Assembly: GCA_010909165.1 (NCBI GenBank)
Contig: MU008172.1
Coordinates: 248,001-312,000 of the forward strand
Source: Anthoceros angustus
Taxonomy: Eukaryota > Plantae > Anthocerotophyta
DNA: 64,000 nt
Direction of reading: 5' to 3'
In this document: positions 24,029 to 35,479 of the stretch, piece by piece
Layout: each line of letters starts with the position of its first letter
How positions within the stretch are numbered: position 1 is the stretch's first letter
Notes under the pieces: generated by a model
Told to the model about the DNA's origin: nothing
Databases searched by the model: none
What the model saw: the letters and a program-made list of their open reading frames with translations, nothing else
Made by a program: the position numbers and the translations under genes

Positions 24029-24783
24029 TCCGTATCATGTTAGGGTAATCTTGAAGCATGCAAGTAGTTTAAGCGGATTCACTTGTTTCATTCGTGACTA
24101 AAGGCCGTGAGCTAGGCGGGAAGTGCTGCAGCTGCTCCTCGGAAGTGAGAAGACTGGAAGCAGCTGATCTGATGTGCACGCCCGTGGCCATAGGCTATCC
24201 CTTTGACAAATCCACTTCTCTGAGCTGGATCAGATCAGAAGCGCGAGTCCCCGGGGGCCGTAGCGGGCGTCAGATTTTTGTTACAATAGCATGGACACGG
24301 GAATGTTTTAAGCATTCGTCATGTTGTGTCACCGGAATCTGCCCCTTGATGCTATAACGGTCATGTCGGTTTGGCTAAATGTATGTGTGTCACACGCGTC
24401 GCCGCGCTGGCGTGGGGACAAATGCTTGTTGGGGAAAGACCGATGCATGTAGGTACGTGACATACAGTGACCGTCCATATAATTCCATGCCAGGCTTGCC
24501 TCCCTCCGAATTAGCGTCGTAGAAGGAGGCGGGGTCGCTCGAGGGATTGATAAAGCATGGCCGCAATGCAGGCCACCTGGGGAGCGAGCGCGGCAGCGGC
24601 GGTAGGCTCACCAGGTGCCGCTGCGGCTGCGGCTGCGGCAGCCAGCCAGCAGCCGCCGCAAGCGCAGGCGCAGAGGTGCTTGGCCTCCGCCATCGCACCT
24701 CGGCAGCAGCTTCCGCGTCCTTGTGCAGCTCGGCTCGGCAGCTGCGCTCCGACGCCCGGCATGCCACATACGAGTTCCGGAAG

Positions 24784-26331
24784 ATGGCGATGGCGTCCAG
24801 TCTGAGCGAGCCGCTGTTGCAGGTGCAGGTGCAGGTGCACCAGGCAGTGGCAACGGCAACGGCATCCGTGACGGGATCCGGCGGGAAGGGGAGGTTGAAG
24901 CGGGCGGGGATGGCAGGGGCCAAGCTGCTGCCGTTGTTGGGGTCTGTGGGGGTAGGGCTGGCGCTGCGCTTCCTGGTGCCCAAGCCGGTTGCTGTGACGA
25001 CGCAGGCGTGGCAGCTGCTGGCCATCTTCATCTCCACCATCGCGGGGCTGGTGCTGAATCCGCTGCCGGTGGGGGCGTGGGCGTTTCTGGGGCTCACTAC
25101 GGCGGTCATCACGGGGACACTGACCTTCGCCGCGGCTTTCAGCGCTTTCACCAGCGAGGTGATCTGGCTCATCGTCATATCCTTCTTCTTCGCCCGGGGA
25201 TTTGTGAAGACGGGTTTGGGGGAGCGGGTGGCCACTTACTTCGTGAAGTGGCTGGGGAGCAGCACACTGGGCTTGGCGTACGGGCTGACGGTGAGCGAGG
25301 CCCTCATCGCACCCGCCATGCCCAGCACCACGGCTCGGGCCGGGGGCATTTTCCTGCCCATCATCAGCTCCCTGGCCCTTTCCAGCGGAAGTAAGCCTAA
25401 GGACCCGTCGTCCAAGAGGGTGGGGGCTTACCTGGTGCTCACGCAGTTTCAGTCCGCCGGGAATTCCAGTGCGCTTTTCCTGACTGCAGCGGCTCAGAAC
25501 CTCCTGTGCATTCAGCTGGCCGAGAAGCTGGGTCTTGTTTTTCCCAGTCCCTGGGTGCTGTGGTTTAAGGCCGCGGTGGTGCCGGCACTCGTGGCTCTGC
25601 TCACTACCCCACTGCTGCTGTACAAGATCTATCCTCCGGAAATTACTGACACTCCCGAGGCGCCCGCGCTGGCTGCGCGGAAGCTGGAAGCGATGGGCCC
25701 GGTGACGCGGAATGAGTGGGTTATGGTAGGGACCATGCTTTTGGCAGTGACTCTATGGATTTTTGGGGACGCTCTTGGTGTTGCCAGCGTGGTCGCGGCG
25801 ATGTTGGGACTCTCCATTCTGCTGCTTCTGGGCGTCCTCAAGTGGAGCGACTGCTTGGAGGAGACAAATGCGTGGGACACCCTGGCCTGGTTCGCGGTGC
25901 TTGTGGGTATGGCCAACCAGCTTACCACTCTGGGACTGGTCCAGTGGCTGTCCGATTCGGTGGCACAGGTCTTGTCCTCTCTCGCTCTCACCTGGCCAGC
26001 TTCCTTTGCGCTCCTCCAGTCAGTCTACTTCGCCATTCACTATCTGTTTGCCAGCCAGACAGGGCACGTAGGTGCCTTGTACTCTGCTTTCCTGGGAATG
26101 CAGATGGCTGCAGGAGTACCTGGTGTCCTTGCTGCCCTTGCACTGGCCTACAACACCAATTTGTTCGGCGCGCTCACCCACTACAGCAGTGGCCAAGCTG
26201 CGGTGTACTACGGAGCAGGCTATAATGAGCTCACGGACATCTTCAAATTCGGAGTTATATGTGCACTCTGGAACATATTCATCTGGGCACTAATCGGGCC
26301 ATTTTGGTGGAAACTCATAGGCCTGTATTAG
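24784..26331 (+). CDS. DiT2: Dicarboxylate transporter DiT2 (glutamate/malate translocator, DASS family); intronless, start codon uncertain
   Basis: GAKLLPLLGSVGVGLALRFLVP, PLPVGAWAFLGL, PAMPSTTARAGGIFLPII, LFASQTGHVGALY, GALTHYSSGQAAVYYGAG are DiT2- rather than DiT1-type. The frame is open from 24547. Confidence 0.93.
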   Translation: MAMASSLSEPLLQVQVQVHQAVATATASVTGSGGKGRLKRAGMAGAKLLPLLGSVGVGLALRFLVPKPVAVTTQAWQLLAIFISTIAGLVLNPLPVGAWAFLGLTTAVITGTLTFAAAFSAFTSEVIWLIVISFFFARGFVKTGLGERVATYFVKWLGSSTLGLAYGLTVSEALIAPAMPSTTARAGGIFLPIISSLALSSGSKPKDPSSKRVGAYLVLTQFQSAGNSSALFLTAAAQNLLCIQLAEKLGLVFPSPWVLWFKAAVVPALVALLTTPLLLYKIYPPEITDTPEAPALAARKLEAMGPVTRNEWVMVGTMLLAVTLWIFGDALGVASVVAAMLGLSILLLLGVLKWSDCLEETNAWDTLAWFAVLVGMANQLTTLGLVQWLSDSVAQVLSSLALTWPASFALLQSVYFAIHYLFASQTGHVGALYSAFLGMQMAAGVPGVLAALALAYNTNLFGALTHYSSGQAAVYYGAGYNELTDIFKFGVICALWNIFIWALIGPFWWKLIGLY

Positions 26332-26906
26332 CACTGTTGTGGCAGGCAGCCTGGCTGCGCTGAGCTTTTTTGTTAGCATAGACATTCTTTCAAAAAAAAA
26401 TGGAATAAGAGTCCTGTACCGTTGAATTCCAGAACCAGTAGATGTGATATCACATTACCCATAAGATCGACTATGATACAACGCTTCTAGTCCGAGGAGG
26501 TTAAGACCATTGGTCAGACAGTGAACAGATTCAGACGCCTACCACAATCTGATAAGAAATTTCCCAAAAATTCCATACACCGATATATCTATACCCAGGC
26601 AATGATCCTGTCAGTTTGTCCACCTGGAGACGGGACACAGCTAACGTAAGAATTGAGTGATAGGCCTCCCACCTCCTGCGGGTATACACTGGAACTGAAG
26701 TCCCAAACCAGTCAGGACAGGTCAGAAGTCCGATGTATCGACATCGTCCTTGAATTGCTTATCACCTACTGAATTTCAGTCCCACTGCAAAAGAATGCTT
26801 TAAACCTGCTCACCAGGGACACATCACAGGTGATAATGTTTTCTCCAGACTCTTGTTTCTCCAGATTATGTTGTGGTGATCACAACCGACTGGAGAAAAG
26901 CTTGGA

Positions 26907-29900
26907 CTATCTGGAATCTGCATACACCGACACAGTTGAATCCAGGGCCCCTGCAGCAAGTAGGACACTGTATGGGTGAAAGTTCAGGCAGCTGACGGGT
27001 CCGATCCTTTGGCCAAGAAAACTGTTGTGGTATCGAACGATGCTGAGCTGTTCACCACTCATGTTGTATACTTTGATAAACTGCTTTGCTGATCCAGTTG
27101 CAACAACTGGCGCATGTCTATGGACAGCCAGGGACGTCAGGAAGCCCTTGTGAGCTTCCACACTTAAGTAGGGCCCCGAGGTGCTTCGGATATCGAGGAA
27201 GTTCAAGTCCCCAGCCGGTGAACCACACACCATCTGCATGTTGGTAAGCGCAGCTTCAGTGATCACAGTAATCAAGACTGCTAGACCAGAGTAACACCCT
27301 TGGAACACACCACAAGTATCGGTTACTAAATGGGAGGTCCTCACCTTTCCCGTCTCCATGCCTGGTTGAAAGTCGATGCCAACTACCCTCTGAGAACATG
27401 GCTTCATTGTAGCAACAAGTCTGATGCGTAGCACAGATACATGCATTAGCCCTTGAATGAAATGACAAGACAAGACACCTGGACACACAGATATCTCAAG
27501 CTTAAGACTTTGGAGAGGGAACCCTACGAGGAATGAGGCAGGCGAACATCAAATAATCTGACAGATCCATCCACGCCTCCGCTTGCTATAAGATCACGGT
27601 GGACTTGAGAAGCAGCCTGAACAAACACCAACATATGTATGTCGTTTAATAAAACGGCAGCCACAGACCTGTAGATGCAGCCACAAAATTTGCAAAATTG
27701 AGTACAAAGAACAATCCAACTCAGCACCATACCAGGGCAGATGTAGAACCATCACAAGGAATGCTTGTTGCTAGCATCTCCGAGGCAAGATCCCACACCA
27801 TTATGGAAGAAATCTCCCCTGAAGCATACTGCCAAAACCCGAACAACTTTTAGTCAAAGGAGAGAGACAGCTCCATGGCCTTCACTTCAGTATATTACAA
27901 TAGCACACAGTACCAGCTTTCCTGTGGACTGCTGCCAGTCAACCACAGCATTGATGCTCCGGGCACCAGGTCTATGTCCTTGTACAGTTTGCCATGCTGT
28001 GGCCAAGCGTTGCTTATCCTTTTTCATGTAATCCTTCCAGACTCTGACACTGCCATCACCTGTCAACAAAGATAAACGGTCAACCCAGATCAGGCTCAGA
28101 AATTTGACAAGTACAACACGCTGAAGCCAGATCACTCACTTGATGCCATGAGAAGCAAGCTTTCATCCAGCTCATTAAGAAGGCAAAGCCGGGAAACACC
28201 CTTGTCAGGAGCACAGTGGTTCTCAAAACTGTTCACCATCTCTCCTTCCTCATAGTTCCATACCCTGCTTCCACAAAATACAACCAACATTAGAAATCAG
28301 CTGTCCTTGCACATGCTATAGACAGACTAGAGAATCTGGAAGCAGTAGCTCACCACAGTGTTTCCTTTTCATCTGCAATGCATACGACTGGGCTGAAAGG
28401 GTGCATAAGCACAGCTTTCGAACCCTCAGGTAATGTATCACAGCTTGCTATCTGATCACTAACTTTGCTCACACCTGAGAATGGACAAAGAGTCAAACAC
28501 AGCTTAGAAAGATGAGATGAAAACCAACAGAAGAAAATAGCTTTGGCGTCTACAAACAAATTGATGAGCAGGTACTCACTTGCATGCTGGCATTTTGAAA
28601 TTCCATCAAGGGCTACCCTTTCTCGCTCCTCCCTATGTGGAAGGACGCCTTCTTCTTCATCAAGACCAGGTTCTAATAATGGCCGTGCAAAGTGTTGGCA
28701 ACTCCAAGGATATAATGTGGATGCAGGCAGACTTTCAACACTTGTGCCAGAAAGTGCAGATGACAGACTCCCAGCTTCTGCAAGGCCAGCTGCCACAGAA
28801 GGTTTCCGGCCAGGTGATGGTGTTGGAATTCCGAGCTCCCCAGGGTACCGCAATTGAAGCCTTGCATTCTCCATTAACGGTGTGCTAGGCGTAAACCCCT
28901 CCATGGAAGAAACTCTTCGCATGGCAACAGGACTCCCCGCCAAAAAGGCTGAAGTTGGTCTTGGTGGACTTGGTGGAGGAGTCCTCCATATATTTACAAG
29001 GTTTCCTGCAGTCCCAATGCCAAACACTGTCTCACAATATCAACAAAAATAAGAAAACAGCTCTAGTAAGTTACTGTCAGACTATAGTGTTAAGTTACAG
29101 AACTCTAGACTTGAACGCCTGAGGTCCACTATGATAAAAAGACAGAAGACTGCGAAAAAAAGGACAGTGTACCTGAAGATGATGCCACCCATGAAGTAGA
29201 CCGTGTCAGTGCATTTGGAATGGGAGTCGGCGGAATTGCACCCAAAGAGGTAGTGCGGTTGTGACCTGGACCACTTGATGGTCTGGGCCTCCCTGGGACA
29301 GAATCAATCCCCAGAAGCCGAAGAACATGCCGTCCAATACTCGCGACTCTTGGGGATGGGTCTCGGGCCAGAGTATATACAGCAGCAACGCATGGCACAT
29401 AGCAGGCTGAGCCACCGTCTTCTAATTTGAAACCCTTTAGTGCCCGGCCCACTCCATTGGTTGTGGATCCATTACTCAATCCCCTGGGGTCTTCTGAGTT
29501 AAAAGTATCAGTTGGTGATCCTTGGATTGAAGCTGGCAGAGATGCTGTGCCAGACACTGCTCGGACAACTCTTGGAGGAGTACTTGTAAGGCCTGCAGTG
29601 TCTATAGACGATAGACTGTTCCTCTGGTAGAAGTATAATGTGGGTGATCCACTTCTATGTCTGTTGGAAGCGAAATTAGGGCTGGATATCATATTCGACG
29701 GGGGCTTTAGGTAGGCAGCTGCTACAGTTTTGAACTTGTCATTATGGCTGAGTGCCAACCTAGCCAAAGCTGCCACCAGATGCACACAATATCCAAATTA
29801 GGAAGCCTAGAACCCAAAGACAAAAGTCAAGCTTGCATGGTGACCAACCGGTTCCAAGTAAGTCACCTATTCCAAGCTCAGCCCTGACCAGTGGACTCCC

Positions 29901-32900
29901 ATCATGCAGTACTTTAAGCAGCCGAGTTGCGACATCTCGCTCAGCTGTTTGGACATCTATTTCGTCATCATCCTCCTCCTCAGTGATGTTATCTGACCTC
30001 GTCTGTCCGTCTCTTGCAGCACTGATTAGTGTCCCTAGAGCATAAGTGGCCGAGGCACGGACCTGCAGTTTAACCAGAGGACATAGTGGCACAAAAATTC
30101 AGAGCTAAAACAAACTCAAGACATAGCCTTTAAGTAACATAGAAACGAAACAAGTGACCAAGACCAATCAAAGCCGATGAATCGCACCACAGGGTGAGGT
30201 TCAGACAGAAGCTGTGTGAGTACGGCAGGTGCCTTTTCCATAATTGCAATGGACTGCGCAGCATCTGGCCCACCATCCCACAGTTTGCCAAGGCACAGGC
30301 AGAGCCATTGCAGCAAGACTGCCCGTGCATCTGCGGGTACATCTGTGGGAGCTGTTTGTATGTATGACAGACAAATGGGGATCAAGCCGGCATGTATGCA
30401 AGCTGACTGTCCACGAGGGTGGTTGTCAGCTATGACAGCTAATACAAACGCAGCCATGGCTCGTTGCTCTGGATAGATGTCTGGACTATCCAAAAACTTG
30501 ATGAAGTACTGGTGACCCCCATCTTTCACAAGGTCAACCTGGCATGTCTGCAAAATTTTGGACAAACCACCAGTTAATGTGCGTAACCACCAACCAGCTT
30601 ATACTGGGAACAGATCAAGTGCATCTTCACAATTCAACCTTCCACCCACCTTATCCAAAGCCAGAATTTTAGTCCATATAAACACAAGTATTTGACGTAA
30701 TTCAATTGCAGTAGTTTGCAAAAGCTTTAGAACATACGGGAATATCCCCACTGACAAAGCCTGTGCCATAACACAACAGAGAGAGAACGTGTAAGAAATG
30801 GAGAAGCACCGTGCAAGAAACAAGGCCTGATGTACCTTGTAATACCAGTAAGCTACCAATTAGCAGCCCAAAGAAAAAACTCTGATCCATCTGTCTAGCA
30901 GCATAATTTTTTGAAAGTATGGACAAAAGAGAGCCGTAAGCATGGGCTAGACACTAACTTGATCCACGGCCCATGCTCCCATATCCAGAAATCTACCCAG
31001 CAGTACCAGAGCTCGATACCGATGAGACTGACTTAAGAGGACCTGCATTAGACATAATGTCAACAATAAGATCAGTTTCCACATTCAACTGCAACCATGT
31101 TCCCTGCTGATCTAACAACTTAAGTGACATCAGTTGGCAACAACCTGGAGAACGATGGGCAACTGTTCTGGTTGCTTCTTTCGCTCCGAACCATGCTCCA
31201 GCCACACTTCAAAGGCTGTCAGCTGTTCAGTGAAGAACCTACTAGGCTGCAAGTCACAGGACCACATTAGCCACGTATCCACTGATTTAAGCCCCTCATA
31301 GCTTGCAGCCATAAAAGCAAACATATGGTAGTTACTGCCAAAACTGACCTGAAACTCTGCTGTGGGGTCATTTTGCAGCCCATTCAACTGCGAGAGGCAG
31401 ACTTCGGCTGCCATATCCCAAGAATGCCTGCATCACAAATTGGAAGCTTAAAAAAAAAGCACCAGACAGGAGAACAAAAGAGGTGCAGGTTTCACAAAGC
31501 CCCAAGCAACCCACAAACACCATACCACATTGGGTGCTGATGTGTTGGGGGCAGTTTAGGATAAGACACTGGGCTGCAATTGGCAGCTCTCATTATCCGC
31601 TCAGCAAGTAAAAAATTTCTGAATAAGCTTGCAACCAGCAGATCCTGGCGAAACAACCGCTGGAAAAGTTCTGCATCACCCCAACCAATGAGTACCCTTT
31701 TCCATCATCATAGTCTAAAACCCCACAACCTAGATTGGTGCAGGTTCACTTTCAAATGGCCAAAACCAGGAGCTCTGTACCTCTAGGGAGCACATTCCAA
31801 GCTATTGTATCCGTGATGGCTGTAAATATCCAATTCAGCTCCCCTAGGGGTGTCTTCCGATCATTTTGTCTCCCAGGAATTAGGTCTGGGTCAAGTGAAT
31901 TTCGCAGTAGAGATCGTGGACAAAACCTTCACATCACATTTCAATGAGGCTGTTAGCAAAACCTAGTGGCATCTCATTTAGATTTGGCGACTTTGGGCAA
32001 AGTCAGTTATGCTTGGACAATATTTTGGAGCTCAGGTACATCGAGCCATGAGACTTGGTTTAAAAAATCCACCTGAATTTTTCATGAAAAGTTCAAAAGA
32101 CTGGAAAGGGTCAGGGCCACATAAGACTTTCATAGGTTGAAGAACTGTCTCCCTGAACGGTTTCGTATTGGATCAAACAGCAACCTGGGCAACGTGGCAG
32201 CCAGCAGCTGTGACACAAGCCCAAGTACTTTTTTAGAAATTGCTCTAGAAAACCTCATTTCACAAAAGCTGGAAGGCTGTCTGAATCCATCCTCTGATGC
32301 CAAGACATCGATGACTTCAACGAAACTGGACAACATCCATTTGTGCTTCAAATAAAACGGATTCCCTTGGTCGAGGATGCCATGCAGTCTGCTGTATCAA
32401 GAAAACATGCTATAAACCTGACCTCCAGTTTGTATTTTACCAACTGCACATAGAAGACTACAGACCTTGACTTGAGAACAAGAATCAAGTCTAGTCAAGC
32501 ACAGGGTCTTCTCTTCCCCCCAGCGGTCACGACGCAAAAAAAGTGCAAGCTAACAAGTCACTGCACTACCAGAGACTTGATTCATCAAAATACAACAACA
32601 CATCCAGAACCAAGAAAGTGTGAACGCATAGCTTAGGTCCCTGATGGGGCTATGGACTTTGTGACTTTTCTTCTCAAACTACCCTGGACAGAAATTTTTT
32701 TTGACCATTCTCACCTCTCACTGACAGCTTCATTCGGGCACTTGTAATAATGTCTGGATACTCTTTGCCGTTACAGACATCAGATCTAGCATATGAGCAA
32801 CTGCATCTATGTGCTCTCAAGCTCAAGAAAGCTGAATGTGAGCCGCAAATCTTCCAAAACATATGCACAAGAATACAGTTTGCTGATAGTACCAAGGGTA

Positions 32901-35101
32901 AGAGCTGCAGACAGCAAAGACACACCAGCAACTCGCTGCACAAAGTAGCAACCATCGGTAATATAGTGCATACCATTTAAGAGCGATCTTGATTGGTGTG
33001 GTTAAGCATGACGTAAAGATGTCAGCAGGAAGATCGTGATTTTGAGGGAGGCTTTCATTTGCCGCACAGGCAGCTAGCAATATGCAATCTCGCATTCCAG
33101 CCATTGATGAACCACCTCCAGGTCCCCATTCTGGACGCTGTAAGAGAGCACAGTCCGGGGGGAAAAGGTCAGGACATAAACGAGAGAGAAACGTGCACAT
33201 GACAATTCTCCAGTAAAACCTAAAGTGATTCACACTTGAGGAAAACGAAATTGCAGACATGTTGAACCCAGAAAGTAATGACTGCAAAAATGATTCATAC
33301 CTCGCAGAAGGCATTGACAATCATGCCAGCTGCAGAACAATCGAAAACATAAATGGAGGGAGTCTGAAGCCAGGACTCAAGCTCATAAACCGACAGGGGA
33401 ATATACTGCGTGTAGCTCTGCACAAAAACCAGAACGAGGTTAAACGAAAGAAAGAAAGACTGTAAAGCAAGCTTTGAGGAACCAAAGGGCTAAGACTCTG
33501 TTGGAAGTTAATTGTGTAACACCATGGATATGCTCGCAGGAGGCACCTTGTTAAACAGCCAAATCTCCCCGTTAATGGTAGGCCTGGGCACACCATGACC
33601 ATTGTAATGAAACAGCACCCTTTCAGACTTTGCAGTTTTTCTACACTGCTGGCACAACTTCTTCACCTCCTCAACCGTTGGATCTAGTTGAAGCTTGTAG
33701 CGAGCCTGCAACGGGAAGGAAAAACGAAGAGTTAGACAGAGTGCAAGAGCGTTGGTGCAAAAAAAAGCGCCGAATGTTGGCAACTCACAGCAATATTTGA
33801 ATGGGGCCATACCCGTGGCTGCCACCTTTCATATTGAGCTTGCAAACTCTTTCCAATTGCATCCAAAGCCTTAGGGGATGCCATGGAGAAGGGATCTGTG
33901 ATGCAAAACAGGCAATCGCCGCAGCAGGGCGTGGCGTTGACAGGGAGCACTAGATGCTTCTCAATGCTCATGCGTTATCGTAGGCAGAAAACGGACAGGG
34001 AAAGTTACCTATCCAGCACTCCATTCTTGCACATGGTGATATTTTGATGACATCGGGGGGGTCCACACCAATGTTCAAGCATAGAACCAGTGCTACACAT
34101 CCTGTTTTCATCTGCAACACATCGGAGAGGTGAGAGCGAAAGGTCAGGCAGGCGAAGGCACATGTGCATGTGTGCTGGGCTGTATGCCTGACGAAAGTGT
34201 GCAAAGGAGCGTGGACGACAGGTAGAAGAAGCACACAAGCACGGGAGAAAGGGAGGAGGTGGAAATAAGAGGCGTGCGCGACACGACATGCAAGAGTGGA
34301 AGGCTTGCATTGCAGTGTGGAGGGGAGGGGAGGGGAAGGGACTCAGCTGAGCAGAAGACACTCTTGTGAGCAGAAAAACAAAGCAAGCGATTTGAGCGAG
34401 CAGAGGTGGACAGGGAGATGGAGAGACGGGAGGAAGGAGCAATAGGTGGGAGGAGCATGTGGAATGCAGCAAGGTGGAAACGGACATGCAAGGCACACAA
34501 GCAGAACAAAGGATCGGAAAGAGTGAGGCGAAGCAGAATTGAAGGTGGAGATGATTACCCGATCCTTCATCCGCCACCTTGGGGCGGCGCCAGCCTCCGA
34601 CACAAGGGAAGTAGAGGTGGAAGGCTCTCCCGCGTCATGGCGCTGGTCGGAGAGGTAGACAGTATCGTACAGCACACCGTGAGGCTGGTAGCCAACAGTC
34701 TCGAGTTGCTGAGCTCCAGCAGGCGGCTCCGGTTCTGGTTCTGGTTCTGCTTCCGGTTCCGGCTGTGTTGCATCCTTGTCAGCATCCGGGTGCGGTTGAG
34801 CGTCGAGGTGCGGCGCCTCTGCTTGCGCTTGCGCGTCTGCCAGTATCTGAAGCACGGGCAAAGGGTGGGGCGGGGGCTCCACCTCCGCCACCGGTTCCAG
34901 CGGGGCCGCGGGCGCAGCAGAAGCAGGCGAAGGAGGAGGGAGCTGCGCGTTGTCGTCGTGATGGTCGCGCTGGTGGGCCGCGGTAATTTCCTCCATGGGA
35001 GCTGGCAGAGTGGGAAGAAGAAGAGGCAGTCCCGCAAGCTGAGAAGGCGTGGTCCCGGCGTCGACGGCAGTATCCTTAGACATGACTTCTCCCAGCGCCA
35101 T
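26907..35101 (-). CDS. RAPTOR: Regulatory-associated protein of TOR (multi-exon; RNC domain, HEAT repeats, WD40)
   Basis: MALGEVM start; PRWRMKDR|[70 protein letters not shown]...[32 protein letters not shown], and C-terminal WD40 ([15 protein letters not shown]). Confidence 0.96.
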
Positions 35102-35117
35102 TGGGCGCGGCCAACAT
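35076..35117 (-). promoter_or_regulatory. Out-of-frame uORF (13 aa) overlapping the RAPTOR start codon
   Basis: gccATGttggccgcgcccaATGgcgctgggagaagtcatgtcTAA: the upstream ATG lies 16 nt before the main ATG and encodes [13 protein letters not shown]. Confidence 0.55.
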
Positions 35118-35479
35118 GGCACAGAGCAATGAATTGAGGGAGGGGCAGAAGGAGGCCCAGGCGGAGAAAAAAGGGGGTGGGTGAAGGGGCAGAGAGGTCG
35201 GAGGAGGGGAAGGGGGAATTGGAGAGTCTAATTCCAAGCGTCCTGGAATTGGTGGGCGGGAGAGGCGAAATTGGGCAGGAGGAGAAGAGAGCAAGAAGTC
35301 AGATCCGCGTGTGGGCGCCGACGGGCCAAGGAGCGAAGAGGGAATTGGTGCGCGTGACATCCGGCGGGCGCCACAGCACAAATGTGCAGGCGAGCGGGGG
35401 GGACCATAGCTGGGCAGCTTCACACATGTCGCCCGGGGCTGCTCCCAATTGCCCCCTTGTTCAAATGCACTCCCGGCAT

